DNA of 64,000 nt from Oculina patagonica. Taxonomy: Eukaryota. Made by a program: the position numbers and the translations under genes. Below, in pieces: positions 14,755 to 25,000 of the stretch. Under the pieces are notes generated by a model. The model had not been told where the DNA came from. It made no database searches and saw only the letters and a list, made by a program, of their open reading frames with translations. The stretch covers positions 5,208,001-5,272,000 of the forward strand of contig NC_135763.1 of the NCBI RefSeq assembly GCF_052425735.1, given 5' to 3'. The first letter of the stretch is position 1, and every line of letters starts with the position of its first letter.

Positions 14755-14864
14755 CATCCTCGGACCCAGGGGCGGTTGGTTGTGACGACACGAAGTAAAC
14801 CGAGCAGGGAAATCAATTTACTTCGTGTAGCACCGACTAACCGCCCACTGGAACTCCGAGGATG
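14755..14864. mobile_element. Short hairpin MITE (copies also at ~11084-11160 and ~18026-18135)
   Basis: Inverted ends CATCCTCGGA.CCAGGGGGCGGTT / AACCGCCCACTGG..CTCCGAGGATG; internal ACACGAAGTAAA/TTTACTTCGTGT. Confidence 0.65.
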
Positions 14865-15879
14865 ATGATCTTGATCAGTTCTCAATCAGTATATGAAAGT
14901 CATAGGCTTACGAGCACCTTCCGACTTGGGGGTTTTCCTTCCGTGATACCTTAAAAGTTATACAAAGGCGTATGAACATTCAGGGGTAAAAACGTTATCA
15001 TTTCATTGAAAGGTTTGAGCTAGCGCTTAGATCTTTACATTTAAGCGTTAACTTCATCACATTTAATTTGTAAGAGCTTTGTTCCAAGGTCTGACACTGG
15101 ATCCACCTCGCGCAAACGCTCAATCTATGCAAAAGCCCAACTTCTGGTCGCCCTTGCCAGTTTCCTACTCACTCCAAAATGATTGCAACCAAGAAAAAAC
15201 CAAAATGAGGTGTTACGCAGAATTTGTTTGCGGATTCATTTTCTGCTAGCTTCGTTATAGTACATTGCTTTTCTTGAAAGAGAGATTTGGTATTCGTTCA
15301 ATCTGTGGTTTTATTCAAATGGAATTTACTTCAGGCGGTTTTTATATAATTGTGTAATTTAAGGTTGAGAAAGTACATCAAGTCACGTAAATCTTTCTAT
15401 CTCGCCGTCAACGAAAAAAGTCTTAACACAGCGAGCACATCTACAAAAATAGACCTCGAAAGTTACGGAATATAGTTTATATTCAAATATAAGGAAAATT
15501 GTAAATCAAGACGAGGAAAGATGAGACAAAGGTGCTAGACGTTAATGCAGCAACATTCCGCCAGCTCACGCATCGCAACATTCTTAGAATGTTTTACAAT
15601 ATAGAGCAACCTTTCAGATACACAATCCATCACGGACTATACATAGTTGGAAATCAATTCAGTTACTGCTATAATCTAAAGTGAATCTAGGAAAAACACG
15701 ACACGAAACAACCGATGACACCGGTAATTTATACACAAGAAATTATTTCAAATTGAAGGCTTTGGAAGCTAACCACAACATAGTTTCTTGATGAAGTATT
15801 CAAATCAGGTCACAAATTGTTAAGAAACATTTTTCTAAAAACTTAAATCTAAGTGCGTAAATGAAAAATTAAAGGGCCA

Positions 15880-16140
15880 AAAAAAAAAAAAAATGCCTTG
15901 TGGATTGACCACGCTCTATCCGATACACATCAATAAGTTGCCACGTATCCAGCGTGGTTGACCCGATGGTGTAGTGGATAGCACGCCTGACTAGTAACAG
16001 GGAGACGCGGGTTCGAATCCGACTAGGCGCATGCAATTTTTCTTTCATTTAAGAGACGTGTGTCAAAAGCCATCTGTAATTTATTTACATCTTTCTTTCT
16101 ACGTTTGTAAGGCTTTCTAGGCTCATAAAATTTCCATCTG
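15880..16140 (+). mobile_element. tRNA-derived (SINE-like) insertion with 10-bp TSD
   Basis: TSD TAAAGGGCCA at 15870-15879 and 16141-16150; absent from the homologous units. Confidence 0.8.
15960..16031 (+). pseudogene. tRNA-Thr(AGT)-like pseudogene inside the insertion
   Basis: A-box TGGTGTAGTGG, anticodon arm CCTGA-CTAGTAA-CAGG (one base short), B-box GGTTCGAATCC, imperfect acceptor stem, T-run downstream. Confidence 0.6.
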
Positions 16141-18135
16141 TAAAGGGCCATTGCACCAAGGAAACTGGCAGGACTACTACACCCAATGACCAATGGATAA
16201 ATACAAACTCCGCAGTTTCGTGGCCTGGATATGCATTCTCACCCTTGTATTAGTTGTTTTCTGAGTACAGTGACTACTTTGATTTTATCTTCTGAAGCAA
16301 CTTCAGACAAAAATTTCACGGCGTAAGTACAGTCAAAAGACCCTGGAACGATCTATAAGTTAAGCAGCCATGGATAAATTCCACTGTGAAATTAAGGAAT
16401 GAAAGCAAATATATAGCATTTGAAGCATTGGCGTAACGGATTAAAGTTTTGTAATAAGTGAACTTTTAATTGTCTCCTTTGATACAAATATCATTCATCA
16501 TGGTTCAGTTTTTTCTATAAGCCGTGTGTATCCAGCCTTTCGTTTGTAGTAAATTAGCTAGTTTCAGTGGTATCTTTGCATGTAAGGAGTCACTTTATTT
16601 GTTAACACAACTACAAAGTGAAAGTGGGAAATGACCTGTTAACAAATTATTGCGGGAAACACTTAATAATTTAAAGTATTAGAATACTTTAGTAATAAAT
16701 TACGCCGTGTTTTTAAGCGCTGTTCAGTCATTTTATATTCGGCTGATTTACAGCGATTTGAGATAATTTTCTGGAATTTGAATAACATTTAATATGGCTG
16801 AAATGAGACGTATGCATTGCACCTCACTCATGGCCTAAACGCATATACTTCCTCTCTGGCCGTTGGGATAAACTTTTGTAAAAAAATCAACAACGAAAAG
16901 TTGAATTTTACACATACCTGTTTAAGTCATTGTCCATTACCACCATCTCTTTGGTGGGCAGATTGGATATTATTCCTTCGTTCCTGGTTGCCATCGATAC
17001 TCGAAAAAAGTCAAATGAAAACTTTTAGTTTTTGCTCAGAAGAGCAACGACTGGCAACGGTATTCTATTCGACACGCCGACAGGTAAGAGACTTCATAAA
17101 TAGACAGCTTGGCAAAAGTGTCTTGTGTTTGTACAAAACATAAGGATAATGACCCTAGCTTGACGTAGTAAAATAGAAAAGAAATGCTAATGTCTGAATA
17201 GTTTGACGTTATATTTTAAGACAAATTGCTTGCAGCAATTTTTTGTGACGGAGGTTCCGACATAGCAACAGTAACACCTGAACAAACCGAATAATCTTTC
17301 TAACAGAGCACTAATAAACTCTTCACCAACGTGGATCATCATAGCTATCGTTGATTAATTCGACCGAAAAAATAGGCCACGCCTACACGGCTCAGCAAAA
17401 AGCACGTCGACGGAAAAACACAGCAGGGGAACGCACGTCATTGGAAAAACGTGGCGGTAGTGAAGCAATGCAGCCGAAAAGCACAACAACAGCGGATCGT
17501 AAAATAATAATGACATGACACAATTATAATCACTAACAAAAAGCCATTGGGCTAATTTGTTTCCGTTGGACGTAAACTGCATTACTGCGGCTTAATGCAT
17601 CATGGTCGTTGAATTGGTGCATGGTATTTGAATTATGAATGTTTTTATGCGCGTGGAATCCTTGTAAAGGTCTCGAGGATCTGGCTGGCAGCTATTTCGC
17701 CTGCAGTTTTCGCATTTTTTAACAAATCTTTGCAGTAAAAAAGCCAGCATAACGGCTCTCATATTGTTATTCTTTGATTGCTTTATAGAAGGTACCTTGA
17801 TTTGCATGTTCATTAGCAAACGATTTACATCACAAGTATCTCGAGTTTCATAAAAATGTTTTATATCAAAGTCCGATAAAACTTTTATTTATAAGTTTAT
17901 AAAGTGGTCCTTTCTACTGAAAAAAATAAACAGATGTTACACAGTCAGGAACATATCGGTGTTAACAAACATGTTAATCATTGCACAATTTACAAATGAA
18001 TTAACCTTTTTGGTCTCATGATCACAATCCTGGGAGACACGGGGGTGGTTGGTCGCGACGACGCGAAGTCAACCAAGCAGGGAAATCGGTTCACTTCGTG
18101 TCGTCCTGACTAACCACCGCTGGGTCTGCAAGGAT

Positions 18136-18245
18136 TACAATATAATACTTTATTTACCCACGCGACACCTAGGAGCGCAAGCGCTCGTTAAAATGTGTGC
18201 GTGAACGCAAAATTGTATAAAAGGAAAAAAAAAATGTAAATTATT
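18136..18245 (-). mobile_element. Short 3' fragment of a LINE-like element
   Basis: Insertion relative to ~11158; the minus strand ends AATAAA followed by an AT-rich tail. Confidence 0.4.
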
Positions 18246-18298
18246 ATGATCTCAGTTCCCAATCAGTATATGAAAATACTTATTAATTCTCCTTCTCC

Positions 18299-18470
18299 TT
18301 TGTGTTAGAACACAGCGATAAAAAACTACTACAAATTAACATTAATGAGCATTCTGCAGTCTACTTATTATTCAACTCTCAACGCTTTGTATATCAATCA
18401 ACTGAAGATGACTGAGGCTTCTGTTGAAACATGTTTTGCAAACTGAAAACTTTTGTCGTTTTCTTTAAAA
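18299..18470 (+). mobile_element. Penelope-like short insertion carrying a degenerate hammerhead motif
   Basis: Absent from the homologous unit (~11213); CTGAAGA-TGACTGAGGCTTCTGTT-GAAAC-ATGT at 18402-18434. Confidence 0.5.
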
Positions 18471-19093
18471 AAAGTAATATGAAAATAACTGTTTTAGTTC
18501 AGTTAGTCGTTGAAAAGCGATAACGCACACAGCAGAGGCTTAGCGAACCAAATACGAGATAAAGTACTATGTCAAACTTTAAGTAAATCAGATAGTTACG
18601 CGCAACCAAAGGAAGACGTCTGAAATTCAGGCTACTTGATACATACGATAAGAGTGTTGCTTTTGATTACAAGAGCTTGTTTAAAAAAGGTAAAATCACA
18701 TTTTACTCGGCTATTGTTGGTTGCTTCTAAATACCTTACAAAAAGTAAATTGATTTAGCCACCTCTAAATTATTTTTATTACCCTCTGATAATTTTTGCA
18801 TTATAATAAGCTTCCCTGTTACACCCAATGGCCAAATGGCACAGAAATATTAAAACCAACGCTTAATTTTGATTTTTTTAAGACCTACAAGTGGAAACTG
18901 TTTAAAATAATTATTTGCAAAAACAAATATACTAGCTAATATACCTCGCACTAATTAATCAAGCGATATAGAAAAAGGTTAAAAAAACATTCAGTTTTGA
19001 TTAAACAACAAAGGACCTACTGAGTTGTAATCACGTTTGTTGTAAAAAACTTTATGGAGCATGACACTTGTGTGTATGTCCGGTACTACAATT

Positions 19094-22000
19094 CTAACTG
19101 GTCAACAATGTCACTGCAAATACAGCTTCTATCATGTTGTAAAACGCTTTTAAATCGGAATAATCAGTGAATTCCAAGTTGTAGACACGTTGACCTGTGA
19201 TGACGGAAGCGACTTGTCCCAGGTTCCCACTTTGACGTGCTCCAACTCTTCGCTTGCGCCAGGCATACTTATGGGCACTGAAGACGAGTCTTCCTGGCTG
19301 CACCATGCGCAGGTCTAAAAAAAAGAACGATTCTTATAAGAGAAATTTCTTTCGATAATGAGTTACTGGTCGATAAAGCCTAAGGATTATTTGTTTAAGA
19401 ACAACAAGCACAACGACAAGTCAATGGTTGTGAAGTCGTTTTGCATGAGGCTATGTTAATCCAGCACGCTTATGACGTATCATTGCAATTTGTTGGTTTT
19501 ATTTTATGAAAAAAAACCATTCCCTTTTTGATTACATGTCCTGTTTAAAACACAAGAGAAAATTATCCGACTTTTCTCAAACTTTCACTCGTGTTATTGT
19601 CAAGTAAAAAAGGCACGCCATTTTCACAGGGCTTGAAAGGGCTTGATGAATGACAGCTGAAGAATGCTAATTATTAATGTTACCTTTTAGGTCAATTATC
19701 TTTTTGGTTTTCTCTTTCTCATTCGTTTCTGCCTCGTCGACTTTTGACCTCAGCTCAAGTTGGTAGGTATCTTCTTCGAAATAAAGTTCCCCAAAATGTG
19801 GCCACTTGTTGCCTGAAATAAAAAGAAAAAAGTTAAAAGTGTAAGAGGTAACCCAAGAACAATGATATGCTATCTGCAAGTGTTTTAAGAAGTGGCGGAT
19901 CTAGGGGAGGGGGCCCCCGCCTTATTTCCATGCTAAACTGAGGCCCAAAGGGCTGAGAATAATTATTTTCGAGAATGGGCCCCCTCTTATTCCAGGGTCT
20001 GGATAATCAGGCCCTCACTTATTTGAAGGTCTGTATCCGCCACTGTCAAGGACTGTAAGGTTACTAAAATAATTGTAGAAATCGCTCCCAGAACGATGGA
20101 AATAGAGACGATAATAACGAGCCTTAGAGAAGCAAGGCTTATATAAACATTAACCGTAAAAAGGTTCTATTGTATAAAAATTCCATGTTGTAATTAGTCC
20201 CTTCTCAATTTGCGTGGCACACAAGAACCGTCACTTGACGACTCAAACGATCGCTGCGAAGTAGACTGTATGTTGCAAAAGATTGATGAAAAAATTCAAA
20301 GAAATACTAGTTAAACTTGAAAACGCGACCCCTAGTGGTTCTAAACTCAGTCGGCGCATACTGATACCCATTTTCATCCTCGCCATCTCTAGTCTTTGTC
20401 ACTTCCTGATGGGCTCATGTTAGTTTGTCGAGTATTGTTTTACAACGTTAAACCACCATTGACCAATGTCCCTCTACAAACAATCTCAAACGATACAAAG
20501 CATTCTTGGCAGTGGAGTAAAAGCCATAAGCTAACTTGAGATTAATGGAACGCTGCCAAAATGAATTACCTTTCTTTGAGTGAAGAAACACATTTACTCC
20601 ACCGCAAAGTTTTTCCACGGCTCGTCTTTGGTTGAATGTCCTTGTTGGTCTTGGGAATTCCGGAAATAACATGCGGTAGTTGAATGCGAGGGCTGTTGCT
20701 AGGATACTTCCTGTCACGTGAGCATAAGGTAACTCGCTTAAGGAGTAGTGGTCCCCAGGACAAGCGAGCACAGTTGTGCCGCCATCCACCAACTGGCCCC
20801 AAACTTCCTCGACGCTATCTGATGAACGAAGCCTGGGCGAGAAGCGAGCGTTTTGGCTTTTCAGGAAAGTAAGAGGACCTCGATAACGAACCTAATAATG
20901 GAAGAAAAGGTTAAAAAAAACGTACGTATAATTATCTAGTGATATGCATTTTCGTTTAAAGTAGTCATGTGTAATGATTGTGCGAAGATGCTCTGAAATA
21001 CTGGGTAATGTTTGGAGTATTTTTCTTCTTTCTGTAAAATATTACGACAGGACTGGTCAAAAAGATTTCTAGGTTATAGAGTCTGTTGTATCCGGTAAGT
21101 CAAAAGTTTCAAGTCAATACAAACGACCCATACCTCAGGAGGCTGCCACTCTTGGTGTGTTCTATTAGAAACACTTTGGTTCCTTAGGAGAGCCTCTCTG
21201 AGTGCTTTTAAATTGTAGGACGCGAGTCCTTTTTCAAGGCTCCTTTTCTGTAATTCTTCTATGATCCAGTCTTGGGTGTTCCTTTTCCTCAAGTGTTTGT
21301 ATTCTTCAGCGTCCATCTTAAGGGAATCTACCGCCAGCTTTGTCAGATAGTTTTCAAATTGTAGCTAAAAAGACGAACAACAAAAGGATTAACTACTGTT
21401 GATGATTGAATTGATTGCACTTCAGCTATAGCTCTGTAAATTATGGATAAAGTATTCTGTAAATTAATTCAACAGAGATTTTCTGAATATAATGAGAGGT
21501 AACCGCTACATCATGATTAAGTCAACCACCTTTCTTACGAACCTGAACATGTCGACTTTGCGAATTTGCATCCTCCTGCATGGAAGCCAATCTAGTGCTG
21601 ACAGTCCGTGAGCGCGGATACCAAGGGAATGTGTCAATCATGGCTACAAACTCCACCCTCTGGTTCTGCTCTGTCAACAAGGAAGCCATTTCGTACGCAA
21701 GTAGCCCTCCGTATGAATATCCGCCCAGAAAGTACGGTCCATGGCGCTGTTCCTCGCTGATCAGGTGAACGTAATGTGCAGCAAGTTCACGTACACTGCC
21801 CCAGTCCTCACTCACTGCTGTTGGGTCGGTAAAGCCCAGTGCATAGAAAGATATCAAATCCTTATACCGGGAAATAAAAAGCACCAATCACACAAAAAAG
21901 CCAAAAAGAAGCACGGATGACCAAAACTGGACAAGAATAGATCAAATTGCATCGAAATAAACTTCTGCCAGGTCAACTGAAATCAAGTTTGGGCTACATT

Positions 22001-25000
22001 GTACGAAAATGTAGTGTATGATATTGAGACTGATGTTTGCTCATTGCGTAATGTAGATAGGTCTGCACCAAGGTCGAAGTGGCCCGTACCAATCGAGATA
22101 ACGCTTACCCTGGTTCCCTTAGCATGAAGAGACTAACTGTATTGCTGCTGCTACTCTCTCTCAAATGGAAGGTAGTCATTCGCAGAATACACCAACCTTC
22201 CAGGCTTCCCTAACAGTTTGAGTAAATTATCGTTGTCCGAAACAAAACACGCTGACCTTGCAAGTGAAGTTCAAAGCGTCATTGCAGCAGCTACGCTACC
22301 ATAGGCGTACGAGGCGGGGGGGCGAGGGGGGCTGCAGCCCCCCCAGTTCCAAAATTTTTCGGGCAAAATGCTTAGAATTCGGGCAACAAGCCTAAAGAAA
22401 AAAAAGCCGAAAAGTCTAGACAACATTACGTTCAAAACGAATTACATCAACAGGAAAAGTATTGGAAACATACCGAACTCTGTGGTTCAAAAGTCCAAAT
22501 TTCTCATTCATCTGCGTTCGTTTCTTCTCGCAAATTGCTATTATTATGTTCGATTTTTCTCGCAAATTTTGCGTGACTCCTCAGTTTTAATCAGTTGCAA
22601 TCAGCTTTTCCATAGCTTGAGCGTTTGCGCACGGTAGCTGTTATAAATGTGATGAAGCTAATGCTTTCGACTCAAATGTTTAGTCCTCAGGGCTAGCTTG
22701 AAACTTTCAACGAAATGTTTTAAAACCCATTCATCCCTGCATGTTTTACACGCTTTTGTTTTACTTTCAAATGGGGGAGAAACAATGTAAATTGGCTCCC
22801 AAAAATTAATATAATTTTTTCTGAAGTAGAGTGAATAAATAACAGATATCCGAAAAAGGATTCAGTGCATTCACACCTTCGGAGGCAAAGTTTGTACACA
22901 ACTATTTCAATGCATGTTTTATATCATTTTACATGCCTTTTTTTTTCGGCTTTCAACCCATGGCATTTTTTTTTTCGGGCAAAAAGTTCTCCGCCCCCCC
23001 AGGACCGATGGAGCCCGTACGCCTATGTACGCTACGTAGCTTGGATTTGATTAGCCAGTCAGTGTGTCATTGTGTTTTTTAAAGCTTCAGCCCATAATTA
23101 TAAAGAATAAAGTTAATTAGGATTATCGTGGAAAGCCTGACCTAGACCCATTTCCCTTTAAAGCGCAAAGAGCGATCAACAGCAATTTTCTCAATACATT
23201 TTAACGAGAAAAGGCAGGAGAAATGAGAAATTGATCAGCCACGCGATGTAAAACAAATTCTCTATACTATCACCATGAAAAAAGAGACCAATAAGGAGAT
23301 TTTGTATGCTGGTTATGCAAGGGACTCAAACAAATTTTCATTTTAACGGTTTGGCATTTACCTGGCCTTGAAATCCCGTAGAAATCGGCACCAAATTCAA
23401 CGCATAGCGGTGTGACGGATGAACACAGAAGAATTTGATAGCCGAGCCCGCAGGAGTGTACAGCGGTACAACTTGTACCTGAAGCCCGGATGTGGTGGCT
23501 GGCGAAGATGCATCTTCCACTGGTTGTGTCTCTGCAAGCCCACCTTGGTTTTCGGTATTCTGAATTTGTTCACTGGATGCTTGCCCGCTAAGCTTGGCTG
23601 TGATATCTCTTCCTAGTTTTAGTGGGGTGGTATCAGGCTGCATGAAGTAGAACACCTGAAACAAGAAGACAGTTTGTTACAAGTTTTATCTTTAATATGC
23701 ATAAAATCTAAATAAGCTTCAGCCGTGCAGCTCATAACGTAACTGCCGAAAAATGCCGTACAAAGTGATTATTGCTAATGTTATCTAAAAAAATGAAAAA
23801 AAGGAGAAGAGTCCAAAAAAATAACATGGCACCCGGACTTATGAAGCTATAGGCAGTACAGTAATAAAGGAGTCACTCAATAAATGCTTTTGGATGTACT
23901 CGCTGGTATTTAAACCCTCAATACTAACATGCTTTAGACAACTCGCATATTGCTACAAAAACCAAAGAGTTTCCAAGGAACTTTTTTTCTTGCTGTATTG
24001 AACCAAATAAAGCTTACTTAATTTGCTTAACAAATGTGAATTTTATGTCTTTGCCAACTGCTTTTTTTTTTTAACCTTTTTTGTTCCAAGATCGAAAATA
24101 GATAAAGATAAACCCACCTCAAAAGAGACCTGCAAATTGGCTTCAAGCTGCATTTTCAAGGTCAGGGCCGCGGTTGAGTCGATACCGTAGCTGTACAAGC
24201 TTTTGTTTAGATCTGTCTCAGAACGCGAAGACATTGCTGTCCATTCTCTTACTGACAAGCTAACGTATTCCATGACAAGCTCGCTTTTCTTTTCAAGATC
24301 CTTCTCCAGCATAATTCTCTGCACCAGAGACTCGGTTGACGTAGTCGTGGTCTCAGAAGTATTGATTTCAGCAGTGATGAGGGAGAGTCGAGACGTCTTT
24401 CTCAGCCCGGTGTTGCTTTTTATGAATCGAGGCCAGTCCACACCACACAGACCGATTTGGAAGCGGCTCGGCTCTTCAGTGAGAACTTTGGCCATATGTT
24501 CGACTCCTGTGAAACAAATTGGCCTTAATAATGGTATTATGATATACGATTGACAACAATCAAAAGCTCGCCTAGTGTGATCTTTATATTTCATTTTCAT
24601 TTAATTATTTAACATTCTATGTGCATCAGCAAAGAAACAGCTCACCATCTTTGGCATGGATAAAGCCCAATCCCGCTATGGTCAGCAATTTAGCTACAGC
24701 ACTTTCTCGTTCCATCACGCCAGCTCCACTGATTGGGCCCCAGTTGATGGAAAGTCCAGGGAGACCGAGAACGTTACGGCGGTACTGGGCAAGAGAATCT
24801 TGAAAAGCATTGCAGCCTGAATATGACGATTGTCCCATGTTACCAAGGATTGAGGCCATGGATGAAAACATCACAAAAAAATCCAGATCCATTTCCAAGC
24901 TCATTTGATGCAGTAAGAAGGAACCTAACAAGGACAAAATGATTTGCTTTAGCGCCCAGGTCACTTATTTTATTCTAGGAGCTTAAGAGACGATGCTTAT

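Larger units (their letters stand above)
9006..18830. repeat. Three diverged tandem copies of a ~3.0-3.5 kb non-coding block
   Basis: Unit starts AAATATAA(G/C)GAAAATT..TAAATCAAGAC at ~9006, ~12471 and ~15485, with long near-identical stretches (e.g. ACTGGCAGGACTACTACACCCAATGACCAATGG at ~9902, ~12898, ~16164). Confidence 0.9.

Noticed and set aside
15960-16031. Functional tRNA gene
   Set aside because: Defective anticodon and acceptor stems, and it sits within a TSD-flanked insertion
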